From: an uncultured Clostridia bacterium
Lineage (GTDB): Bacteria; Bacillota; Clostridia; Oscillospirales; Acutalibacteraceae
Assembly: GCA_944384855.1 (NCBI GenBank)
Contig: CALWUY010000041.1
Coordinates: 1,786 to 65,785 of the forward strand
DNA length: 64,000 nt
Direction: 5' to 3'
The position numbers and the translations under genes are program-made. This document shows, one piece after another, positions 10,207 to 17,545 of this stretch. Numbering within the stretch: position 1 is the first letter of the stretch; each line of letters opens with the position of its first letter. The notes beneath the pieces are model-generated. The model was given only the letters and a program-made list of their open reading frames with translations, was not told the origin of the DNA and searched no databases.

Positions 10207-10511
10207 ACTCTTCTCCTTAAAAATAATATTACTTTATATTCTAACATAAACTGTATATAATTGTAAATATCAATTTGAATTTTCCGTAAAGTTTATTTTC
10301 CGAATTAAATCTTATATCAATAATGTTTTACAGCCGTTGCAATCCTGCGCTTAAGGACTCTCAAAACACTTTACGAATACAGCCGGCAGAATACGAAAAA
10401 AATTTTAAAAATATTAAATTTATATTTTTATAAGTAATATCTGTAAATAATAAAAGTGCCGGAACTTGAAATCGCTCCGAACACTGTTATTCCATAAGCA
10501 ACCGATACGGC

Positions 10512-10937
10512 TCATAAATTTTCTATTGTTTCCCGAATCAGTCCTTCTACAAAAGCTCCGTCTACATCAAGCATTTCAGCTTTAATGAGCTCTGTTTCAG
10601 GAATTCCGAAACATTTGGCTATATCTTTTATATAATTATAGCTGTAATCCGGCAAATATGGGCCTCCCGCCGTTGTGACATAATACAGCTTTTCCGCCTT
10701 GCACAGACCTATCGGTACTCCGTCGGTCCCGTATTTTGACGTAATACCTGTTACATAAATGTTTTCGATATATATTTTCAGTTCCGCGGGAAACGATAAA
10801 TCCCAATACGGTGCGGATATAATTATAATTTCCGCTTCCGCAAATTGTTTTGCATATTTAAAAATCGGAGATGTATAATCTCCGTTCTCAATAAACCGTG
10901 TACGCTTTTCCAAAGTTTCTTTCGTAAGAGGCATCAA
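10512..10937 (-). CDS. flavodoxin-like fold NAD(P)H-dependent oxidoreductase. As called it is N-terminally truncated; homologous in-frame sequence continues to 11054 with no canonical start.
   Basis: APYWDLSFPAELKIYIE motif. The upstream in-frame translation KVLYINCCVRNDSRTNRIAEALL is the normal N-terminus of this family, but it follows a TAA directly. Confidence 0.6.
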   Translation of the reverse strand: MMPLTKETLEKRTRFIENGDYTSPIFKYAKQFAEAEIIIISAPYWDLSFPAELKIYIENIYVTGITSKYGTDGVPIGLCKAEKLYYVTTAGGPYLPDYSYNYIKDIAKCFGIPETELIKAEMLDVDGAFVEGLIRETIENL

Positions 10938-11184
10938 TTTTTCGTCGTATAAATTTAATTCTTCGTATTCCCGATTGATTTTACCCAGTAATGCCTCAGC
11001 GATACGGTTTGTTCTGGAGTCATTTCTGACACAGCAATTTATGTATAAGACTTTTTAATTTGACACATATATCACCCGATCATATTGTATCACAAACAAA
11101 AGTTTTCCCTGATAAATCTGTTTTCTGTACGCGCTTCAGTATCATCCGAATTTTAAGTGGACAAGACAGTAATAAAAAATTAAA

Positions 11185-11211
11185 ATCGACAAGTTTAAAA
11201 AACTTGTCGAT
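11185..11211. terminator. intrinsic terminator downstream of the tRNA pair
   Basis: atcgacaagtt-taaaa-aacttgtcgat, flanked by an A-run and a T-run. Confidence 0.75.
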
Positions 11212-11214
11212 TTT

Positions 11215-11290
11215 TGGTGACCCGGACGGGATTCGAACCCGTGTTACCGCCGTGAAAGGGCGGTGTCTTAGGCCTCTTGACCACCGGGCC
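11215..11290 (-). tRNA. tRNA-Glu (anticodon UUC)
   Basis: The reverse complement reads GGCCCGGTGGTCAAGAGGCCTAAGACACCGCCCTTTCACGGCGGTAACACGGGTTCGAATCCCGTCCGGGTCACCA. The cloverleaf folds by hand. Anticodon loop CTTTCAC, T-loop GGTTCGAATCC, encoded CCA. Confidence 0.95.
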
Positions 11291-11292
11291 GC

Positions 11293-11369
11293 TGGTGGCT
11301 GTAATTGGATTTGAACCAATGACACTGCGGGTATGAACCGCATGCTCTAGCCAACTGAGCTATACAGCC
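11293..11369 (-). tRNA. tRNA-Met, elongator type (anticodon CAU)
   Basis: The reverse complement reads GGCTGTATAGCTCAGTTGGCTAGAGCATGCGGTTCATACCCGCAGTGTCATTGGTTCAAATCCAATTACAGCCACCA. Anticodon loop TTCATAC. It lacks the three G-C pairs of initiator tRNA. A lysidine-modified Ile2 tRNA cannot be excluded from sequence alone. Confidence 0.85.
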
Positions 11370-11444
11370 ATATTTAAAGCGACTTTCATATTATATCCAA
11401 AACAATGCCATTTGTCAACAATTATTTAATTTTTTTTGAATTTT

Positions 11445-11870
11445 TTATTTACGTACAGTGACATTAAACTCTTTTCCGCATTTTGGACAAACCGTCTTGT
11501 GTTTCCCCAGCCTGTGCGGAAGCCGCAGCACCGCTTTGCAGTACGGACATTTTTTATAAACATGATATTTATCCGCTTTCTTCTGATTGTTGAACTCTCT
11601 TTTTCTCTTTATAATATTTATCTTTGAAACAAACCAATCGTTTTCCCTTCGGCGTGCGCTTATGTTACGGGATAAAAATCTGAAAACCGCGAAAGCCAGC
11701 AATGCATATACAATTAGCTGTACCAGCGCTGAAACTGTACGGCTTACAAAAATACTTAAAAATATATTGATAAAAGAAACTGCAATTGCACAGCCAAGTA
11801 AAAAATATGTCAGCATATCCGGCCCGTAACGTCCGCTCATGAACTGCATTAATTTATACCTGAAATTCAT
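11445..11870 (-). CDS. membrane protein with C-terminal zinc-ribbon (CPYC...CPKC)
   Basis: Two predicted TM helices, then CPYCKAVLRLPHRLGKHKTVCPKCGKEF. AAGAGGT lies 8 nt before the ATG at 11870. The track starts at 11888. Confidence 0.6.
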   Translation of the reverse strand: MNFRYKLMQFMSGRYGPDMLTYFLLGCAIAVSFINIFLSIFVSRTVSALVQLIVYALLAFAVFRFLSRNISARRRENDWFVSKINIIKRKREFNNQKKADKYHVYKKCPYCKAVLRLPHRLGKHKTVCPKCGKEFNVTVRK

Positions 11871-11998
11871 ATAAATACCTCTTTTCATTCTCTGATATAA
11901 TTATATCCGTCAAAACGCAGATATTTGTTAATAAATAATAAAAATATGTTTAATTTTGCCGCATAACGCTATTCAGGCGTTAATTGCCAAAAAAACAC

Positions 11999-12027
11999 TT
12001 GACATTTCCCGACCGCCGTTGTATAAT
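11999..12027 (+). promoter_or_regulatory. consensus sigma-A promoter of the rplJL unit
   Basis: TTGACA (11999-12004), 17-nt spacer, TATAAT (12022-12027). Confidence 0.8.
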
Positions 12028-12034
12028 TGCTGTG

Positions 12035-12168
12035 TTGCAATCCAAAGACAGTAGGTGGTCTTGTGACCGTAAGTCTTATGCGCCTACCCAGGATACGCGC
12101 TTAAATAATTGATTTTTGTCTTTATTTATGCCTGTCCTTGCCTTTGGACAGGCATTTACTGTTTTTTT
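12035..12168 (+). promoter_or_regulatory. ribosomal protein L10 leader (autoregulatory 5' UTR with attenuator hairpin)
   Basis: It sits between the promoter and rplJ. It contains AAAGACAGTAGGTGG...CCTACCCAGG pairing and a terminator-like hairpin (atgcctgtcc/ggacaggcat, 12128-12155) followed by ttactgttttttt. Confidence 0.7.
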
Positions 12169-12182
12169 CGGAGGTGAACAAA

Positions 12183-12692
12183 TTGCCAAACGCATCAGTT
12201 TTAGAAATGAAAAAGCAGCAGGTTGCAGACTTATCGCAAAAAATATCTGCAGCAATCACCGGCGTTTTAGTTGATTACAGCGGAATCAGTGTTGCCGACG
12301 ATACCGCATTGCGTAAAGAACTGCGCGAAGCGGGTATTGAATATTCTGTCATTAAAAACACCATAATCAGCAGAGCAATTGCAGGTACCGAGCTTGAAGG
12401 TTTAAACTCCGTTCTCGAGGGTAATACAGCCGTAGCGCTTTCAAACGAAGACTATACTGCAGCCGCACGTATTTTATGCAAATATGCCGAGGCCCATGAA
12501 AACTTCAAGATTAAAGCAGGTTTTCTTGACGGCAAAATCGTAGACGTCGCAACTGTTGACTCACTCGCAAAACTGCCGTCCAAGGAGGTACTCCTTGCTA
12601 CTGTACTCAGTGCATTCCAGGCTCCTATAGCAGCTTTTGCCCGCGCTGTTCAGGCCATCGTCGATAAAGACGGTTCTGCAGCGGAAGAATAA
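12183..12692 (+). CDS. rplJ: 50S ribosomal protein L10
   Basis: The TTG start lies 6 nt after GGAGGTG. The N-terminus [17 protein letters not shown] and overall sequence are typical L10. The track ORF begins upstream at 12138, inside the leader. Confidence 0.93.
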   Translation: MPNASVLEMKKQQVADLSQKISAAITGVLVDYSGISVADDTALRKELREAGIEYSVIKNTIISRAIAGTELEGLNSVLEGNTAVALSNEDYTAAARILCKYAEAHENFKIKAGFLDGKIVDVATVDSLAKLPSKEVLLATVLSAFQAPIAAFARAVQAIVDKDGSAAEE

Positions 12693-12729
12693 TTTAATTT
12701 TAAAAAAACTATTTTTGGAGGAATTAAAA

Positions 12730-13107
12730 ATGGCATCAGAGAAAATCACAGCTATGATTGAAGAGTTAAAAACTCTTACCGTTCTTGAGCTTTCAGAGCT
12801 CGTTAAAGCAGTAGAAGAGGAGTTCGGCGTATCTGCCGCCGCTGCAGTAGCAGTAGCAGCTCCGGCTGCAGGCGCTGCCGCCGCTGTTGAGGAAAAGACC
12901 GAATTTGACGTAATCCTCAAAGAAGCAGGCGCAGAGAAAATTAAGGTTATTAAGGCTGTACGTGAAATCACAGGTCTTGGTCTGGCAGAGGCTAAAGCTC
13001 TGGTTGACGGCGCACCTAAGACTCTTAAAGAAGCTGCTCCTAAGGAAGAGGCTGAAGAAATCAAAGCTAAACTTGCAGAAGTCGGCGCAACTGTTGAACT
13101 TCAGTAA
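12730..13107 (+). CDS. rplL: 50S ribosomal protein L7/L12
   Basis: [34 protein letters not shown], an Ala-rich hinge, and the C-terminal domain [30 protein letters not shown] lies upstream. Confidence 0.97.
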   Translation: MASEKITAMIEELKTLTVLELSELVKAVEEEFGVSAAAAVAVAAPAAGAAAAVEEKTEFDVILKEAGAEKIKVIKAVREITGLGLAEAKALVDGAPKTLKEAAPKEEAEEIKAKLAEVGATVELQ

Positions 13108-13131
13108 TTTTACCGGTTATTATTACACATT

Positions 13132-13164
13132 AAAAGAGTCGAAGACAAAGTCTTCGGCTCTTTT
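13132..13164. terminator. bidirectional intrinsic terminator between rplL and the AraC regulator
   Basis: aaaagagtcgaagac-aaa-gtcttcggctctttt, with one G-U pair. Confidence 0.8.
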
Positions 13165-13247
13165 ATTATACAACAAGCATAAAGCAATAATGAACTATTA
13201 TTGTATATTTTAAGAAAATATACAATTTTTATGCAATAAAAGTTTGA

Positions 13248-14162
13248 TTATAATAAGTAGCTCGGCATTTCCCGCATGTCTGTTTTTTTAGACACAGCCG
13301 GCGTTTCACGGTTCTTGGTTCTAACGGCAGGCTTATCATGATTAACATTCCTTCGGACACTGTACTCTTTGGGCGAAATCCCGCTTATACGCTTAAATGC
13401 CGCCGAAAAATAATTTTGATTATTGAATCCTGTAATCTCGGCTGTTTTGGTTACACTTACACCGCTTTTAAGCAGTTTTTTTGCTTCTTTAATTTTTATT
13501 TCCATAAAATATTCATGCACTCCCGAATTTGTGAAAAGCGCGAATATCCTTTTCAAATGTGACAGACTTATTTCCAGTTTATCCGCCAAATCACCAATTG
13601 AAAGCCTGCCGTTGACACACGTTTCCATTTCTTTTACAGCTTCACCGAACAAAAGTGCATCACGCGACTGAACGGGCGGAATTTTTTTTGAATTTGCCTC
13701 AACTTCCATAATTAAAAGTTCAAGTTTTAAGCTCAGAATGGCAGCGGCGTTATAATCAGCCTTTGAAAACTCAGACAAAATAACATTGTATTCACAGATG
13801 TTTTCAATTGTTCCCGACATACTGAGCAGAAGCTGTTTCTGAAATATATTAAGTTCTGCTGCGGTGCTGTTATATCCCTGCGGATCGGTACTGTCAGTTT
13901 CAGCCGCGGCAAACATATATTCTGTATCGGTATCCGGAACAAGACCTACAAAATGTATTTCGCCGGGCGCGAACACCGCTCCGGTACCCGCTGTGCATAT
14001 AAACGTTTTATCCGCGTATGTTACCTTAAGTTTACCCGAATTTACAAATACTGCTTCAAAATGCTCTTTTGCACCGTTCAAAAAATTTTCCGGTATACTG
14101 TTTTTCATTACAGCAGATGCTGTAATTTTTTTTAACCTCGGAACTTCTCTGTATTCTGTCAA
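13248..14162 (-). CDS. AraC family transcriptional regulator (cupin-like N-domain plus HTH)
   Basis: C-terminal AraC HTH (LADKLEISLSHLKRIF...ITGFNNQNYFSAAFKRISGISPKEY). It lies directly downstream of the BMC operon on the same strand. Confidence 0.85.
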   Translation of the reverse strand: MTEYREVPRLKKITASAVMKNSIPENFLNGAKEHFEAVFVNSGKLKVTYADKTFICTAGTGAVFAPGEIHFVGLVPDTDTEYMFAAAETDSTDPQGYNSTAAELNIFQKQLLLSMSGTIENICEYNVILSEFSKADYNAAAILSLKLELLIMEVEANSKKIPPVQSRDALLFGEAVKEMETCVNGRLSIGDLADKLEISLSHLKRIFALFTNSGVHEYFMEIKIKEAKKLLKSGVSVTKTAEITGFNNQNYFSAAFKRISGISPKEYSVRRNVNHDKPAVRTKNRETPAVSKKTDMREMPSYLL

Positions 14163-14269
14163 GCCGGCACTCCCTTTCCTGAGCTTATATTGTATATTTT
14201 GATGAAATTTAGCATCTATATATATTTTTTTATAATTATAACACTAATTTATTAAAATGTAAAGAAAAA

Positions 14270-14298
14270 CACGGCGTATGAAAAATTCATACGCCGTG
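14270..14298. terminator. intrinsic terminator ending the BMC operon
   Basis: cacggcgtatg-aaaaatt-catacgccgtg, with an A-run before and a T-run after. Confidence 0.85.
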
Positions 14299-14317
14299 TT
14301 TTTTACAGCTGCACTAA

Positions 14318-14962
14318 TTAACGAATGATCCTGACCTTTGCGCCGTTTCCTATTCCGGCTGCATTGGCATCGTCCGTATCTATATGCATTTCAAGTCTGA
14401 AGGCTTTGCTTACCCTTATCTGAACATCATAAAATGTCGTTCTTCTCTCACCGTCAGCTTCAACTGTTACAGTATCGCCGTCCTTAAGACCAAATAATTC
14501 GCCTTCTTCTTCGCTCATATGTATATGTCTGTTCGCAATTATACAGCCCTCTTTAAGCGATACTATTCCTTTGGGACCGACAATCGTAATCGGCGCCGAC
14601 CCTTTAATATCTCCTGATTCGCGTACAGGCGGTTTTACTTTGAGTGTGAAAGAGTCTGTACGGGAAATCTCCACCTGAGAACTTGACCTTATAGGACCGA
14701 GTACACGCACTCCCTCAATAGCTCTCAGCGATGGTCCTATGAGCGTAAGCTGCTCCTTGCATGCAAACTGACCCGGCTGTGACAGATCCTTAACAGGCGT
14801 AAGTTCATATCCTTTTCCGAACAGAGTTTCCAAATCCTGCTGTGAAAGATGTATGTGCCTGTTCGACACACCTACAGGTACTGTATCATCACAGGAATTT
14901 TCATCAATATTCATAATTACACGCTTAACTATATCCGTGATTAAAGAAGCATCAAATTCCAT
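14318..14962 (-). CDS. pduL: PduL phosphate acyltransferase with an N-terminal encapsulation-peptide-like extension
   Basis: PduL repeats (VSNRHIHLSQ..., IANRHIHMSE...) and QPGQFAC. It has about 28 extra N-terminal residues (MEFDASLITDIVKRVIMNIDENS) that the paralog at 1089 lacks. Confidence 0.9.
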   Translation of the reverse strand: MEFDASLITDIVKRVIMNIDENSCDDTVPVGVSNRHIHLSQQDLETLFGKGYELTPVKDLSQPGQFACKEQLTLIGPSLRAIEGVRVLGPIRSSSQVEISRTDSFTLKVKPPVRESGDIKGSAPITIVGPKGIVSLKEGCIIANRHIHMSEEEGELFGLKDGDTVTVEADGERRTTFYDVQIRVSKAFRLEMHIDTDDANAAGIGNGAKVRIIR

Positions 14963-15071
14963 ATTGCTCTACTCCTTAATATGTTAAAAGTTATAGTGCC
15001 GGATCCCTGATACAAACAAAACGGCAATTAAAACAACCTATTATACATATTTTATAATTATAATTTTTATC

Positions 15072-15350
15072 CTAAACTACAAGTCCCGTACCGCTGTCTA
15101 CAATGCCCACAATAGCTTTGTCAATAGGAGCAAATTCCTTTCCACATCCTATGCGCGCCGCACTTCCGGTAGCCACAAGCACCATTTCACCGATGCCTGC
15201 TCCGACATTGTCTACAGCAACGAAACGCTGGGCAGCTGTACCGAATTCAGCGATAGGCTCAACTATCATGAGTTTCATACCTATCAATTTTTCATTTTTT
15301 CTTGTAGCTACAACACTTCCCACTACATTGCCGATAATCAACTGCCTCAC
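15072..15350 (-). CDS. BMC vertex (pentamer) protein, EutN/CcmL/PduN family (BMC-P)
   Basis: 92 aa. IGNVVGSVVATRKNEKLIGMKLMIV...AVDNVGAGIGEMVLV is typical of Pfam EutN_CcmL. Confidence 0.9.
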   Translation of the reverse strand: MRQLIIGNVVGSVVATRKNEKLIGMKLMIVEPIAEFGTAAQRFVAVDNVGAGIGEMVLVATGSAARIGCGKEFAPIDKAIVGIVDSGTGLVV

Positions 15351-15372
15351 CTTGCTCTCACTGATACTTTAA

Positions 15373-15400
15373 ATTGGGAGGCTGTGTCAGGCCTCCCAAT
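15373..15400 (-). promoter_or_regulatory. intercistronic GC-rich stem-loop between the BMC-H and BMC-P genes
   Basis: attgggaggc-tgtgtcag-gcctcccaat, a 10-bp perfect stem in the 66-nt gap. Only a weak U-tract follows on the transcribed strand. Confidence 0.6.
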
Positions 15401-15416
15401 AACTTCAAAAATCCGA

Positions 15417-15695
15417 TTATTTGAGTGTGGGAAGAATCTTCTCAACATCCTCATGCGGACGCGGAATTACATGTGTGGCTATAATTTCTCCCAGCTTCGA
15501 AGCCATGGCAGAACCCGCTTCAACCGCTGACTTTACCGCTCCTACGTCTCCGCGAACCATTACGCTTACAAGTCCAGATCCTATTTTTTCAGTACCTATA
15601 AGCTGAACATTCGCCGCTTTAAGCATAGCATCTGCAGCTTCAATTGCCGCTACCAGACCTCTGGTTTCTATCATTCCCAATGCTTCAAGTGCCAT
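15417..15695 (-). CDS. BMC shell hexamer protein (BMC-H, PduA/EutM-like), copy 2
   Basis: [30 protein letters not shown]...[19 protein letters not shown]...VIPRPH is close to PduA. Confidence 0.95.
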   Translation of the reverse strand: MALEALGMIETRGLVAAIEAADAMLKAANVQLIGTEKIGSGLVSVMVRGDVGAVKSAVEAGSAMASKLGEIIATHVIPRPHEDVEKILPTLK

Positions 15696-15723
15696 CTTTC
15701 TGCCCTCCGGTTGTGATTACTGA

Positions 15724-16002
15724 TTATTTCAATACAGGTAAAATTTTCTCGACATCTTCATGCGGACGCGGAATTACATGTGTGGCTATAAGCTCTCCCA
15801 GCTTTGAAGCCATGGCAGAACCCGCTTCAACCGCTGATTTTACTGCTCCTACATCTCCGCGTACCATTACGCTTACAAGTCCTGATCCGATTTTTTCAGT
15901 ACCGATAAGCTGAACATTTGCAGCTTTTACCATTGCATCCGCTGCTTCAATTGCCGCTACCAGACCTCTGGTTTCTATCATTCCCAATGCTTCAAGTGCC
16001 AT
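15724..16002 (-). CDS. BMC shell hexamer protein (BMC-H, PduA/EutM-like), copy 1
   Basis: 89 of 92 residues are identical to the adjacent copy, with the same PduA-like motifs. Confidence 0.95.
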   Translation of the reverse strand: MALEALGMIETRGLVAAIEAADAMVKAANVQLIGTEKIGSGLVSVMVRGDVGAVKSAVEAGSAMASKLGELIATHVIPRPHEDVEKILPVLK

Positions 16003-16026
16003 CTTTAATTTCTCCTTTAAAGGTTT

Positions 16027-16503
16027 TTATAAATTTTCAAAAAACTTTTTTCCGTATGCCGCCAAGGCAGTATCCTGTTCTTCGCTTCCCCCGCTGACAC
16101 CGAGTCCGCCTATTATATTGCCCTGCTTATCGCATAACGGCTCTCCGCCGCCGAAAATTACAATTTTGCCCTGATTTGTAAATTGTATTCCGTAAAGCGG
16201 TCCGCCCGGCTGCGCCAGTGGTTTTAATTCTGATGTTGACATTTTAAGAGAAACAACGGTAAACGCCTTTTGAACCGCAACATCGTAACTTGCAATATAG
16301 GAATCATCCGCGCATTCAACTAATATGGGAGGCTGCGCAGCACGGTTAGATACCGCCACTACCGCTTTTACTCCCATTTCTTTTGCTTTGGCATGAACCG
16401 CACTGCTTAGTGTCTGCGCTTCACTGAGCGTAATATTTCTCGGGGATCCTCCCAATTCGCGTGTTACCTGATCCACAATAGAACGTATTTCCTGCTCGTC
16501 CAT
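16027..16503 (-). CDS. DUF336 (GlcG/HbpS/PduO-C-terminal-like) protein with an N-terminal encapsulation-peptide-like helix
   Basis: The core ...GGPLYGIQFTNQGKIVIFGGGEPL...GGLGVSGGSEEQD is typical of DUF336. The N-terminus is MDEQEIRSIVDQVTRELGG. Confidence 0.8.
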   Translation of the reverse strand: MDEQEIRSIVDQVTRELGGSPRNITLSEAQTLSSAVHAKAKEMGVKAVVAVSNRAAQPPILVECADDSYIASYDVAVQKAFTVVSLKMSTSELKPLAQPGGPLYGIQFTNQGKIVIFGGGEPLCDKQGNIIGGLGVSGGSEEQDTALAAYGKKFFENL

Positions 16504-16514
16504 TGTTTTTACCT

Positions 16515-17327
16515 TTATTTGCCTATCTGCTCAATTACGCGGCGTGTTATCTCACTTACAAGGTCGCTGTTATCTGACTTTGCGCTGTTTGCGCAATCGC
16601 CCTTGCAATTATTGCCGCAGCCATGACAGCTCGGCTTACCGCTTTGAGCATTGGGACAAAGATCAGCCGGATGCTTACCTTTCATACCAAACTTACGGCG
16701 GATTTCATAAAGACGCTGAACCTGTGCCTCGGATAACTCTTTTGGACCGCCGAGCTGCTTTGATATATAAAGAAGTTTAGCATAAAACTCAACTGATTCC
16801 ATCTTATGATACGCATTGAGCAGTGAATCCGAGTAAGAAAGAGCCCCATGGTTTTCAAGAAGTACCGCATCAAAATACTGTAAATACTTTGATACCGCAT
16901 CAGGTATCTCTTCGGTAGAAGGAGTACCGTATTCGGCAATCGGAACACATCCCAAAGCTATTACAGCTTCAGGCATAATGGGCTGGGTAAGCGGAATTCC
17001 GGCAATTGCAAAACCGGTAGCGTACATGGGATGAGCATGTACAACCGCATTTACATCCGGACGCTCCTTATATACACGCATATGCATCTTGATTTCTGAA
17101 GAAGGTTTAAACCCGGCATTTGCCTGAATTACATTGCCGTTGCGGTCTACCTTACAAATGTATTCAGGTGTCATAAAGCCCTTGCTGACACCTGTAGGCG
17201 TGCAGAGAAATTCGTTATCATTCAGTTTTACCGATATGTTACCGTCATTTGAGGCTACCATTCCTCTGTCATAAATGCGCTTTCCGATTTCACATATCTG
17301 CTTTTTAATTTGATATTCATTAACCAT
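16515..17327 (-). CDS. class II (zinc) aldolase/adducin family protein (fuculose-/rhamnulose-1-phosphate aldolase-like) with a Cys-rich linker and a C-terminal encapsulation-peptide-like helix
   Basis: SSEIKMH (Glu), HAHPMYATG (His-x-His) and LENHGALS (third His). About 55 extra residues at the C-terminus: CPNAQSGKPSCHGCGNNCKGDC...SDLVSEITRRVIEQIGK. Confidence 0.85.
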   Translation of the reverse strand: MVNEYQIKKQICEIGKRIYDRGMVASNDGNISVKLNDNEFLCTPTGVSKGFMTPEYICKVDRNGNVIQANAGFKPSSEIKMHMRVYKERPDVNAVVHAHPMYATGFAIAGIPLTQPIMPEAVIALGCVPIAEYGTPSTEEIPDAVSKYLQYFDAVLLENHGALSYSDSLLNAYHKMESVEFYAKLLYISKQLGGPKELSEAQVQRLYEIRRKFGMKGKHPADLCPNAQSGKPSCHGCGNNCKGDCANSAKSDNSDLVSEITRRVIEQIGK

Positions 17328-17386
17328 TTGACTTTCTCCTTTTCTGTATTTTGTTTTATTTTGTTTTTTCTCTGTTTTATGGTATC

Positions 17387-17415
17387 ATTGTATCACATTG
17401 TTTTATAAAAGTCAA
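17387..17415 (-). promoter_or_regulatory. sigma-A promoter of the BMC operon with an extended -10 and an upstream A-tract
   Basis: On the minus strand: TTGACT (17415-17410), 17-nt spacer, TGaTACAAT (-10 at 17392-17387). About 70 nt of A-rich sequence lie upstream (17420-17490), consistent with an UP element. Confidence 0.7.
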
Positions 17416-17494
17416 CATAAAATCTTTATTTTTTCTTTGTTTTTTTGTTTTTTGTTGGTTTTGTATTGGTTTTTTATTTTTTCGCAGACAAAAA

Positions 17495-17526
17495 TCCGCC
17501 GGACTGTACATACACAGTCCGGCGGA
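17495..17526 (-). terminator. intrinsic terminator after iorB
   Basis: tccgccggactgt-acatac-acagtccggcgga, a 13-bp stem followed on the minus strand by tttttgtctg. Confidence 0.85.
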
Positions 17527-17545
17527 CTTAGTTAAAAATTTCAAA

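Noticed and set aside
10207-10511. The 305-bp gap upstream of lepA as a possible small gene or RNA.
   Set aside because: No ORF with an RBS, no strong hairpin and no recognisable RNA motif is present. It most likely holds only the lepA promoter and a weak terminator for the oxidoreductase gene.
11060-11343. Two ORFs of about 85 aa (11060..11314 plus strand, 11080..11343 minus strand).
   Set aside because: They run straight through the tRNA-Glu and tRNA-Met genes and their terminator. The tRNA cloverleaves explain the sequence.
14963-15071. The 109-nt spacer between the BMC-P gene and pduL as an internal promoter or regulatory RNA.
   Set aside because: It is AT-rich with several TATAAT-like strings but has no convincing -35 at proper spacing and no stable structure. 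The evidence is too weak for a call.
15421-15913. Repeated antisense ORFs (15421..15606, 15644..15913) and a periodicity of about 307 bp that could look like a repeat array or CRISPR.
   Set aside because: The periodicity is the tandem duplication of the BMC-H gene. There are only two copies, each 279 bp of coding sequence, with no short repeat/spacer architecture.
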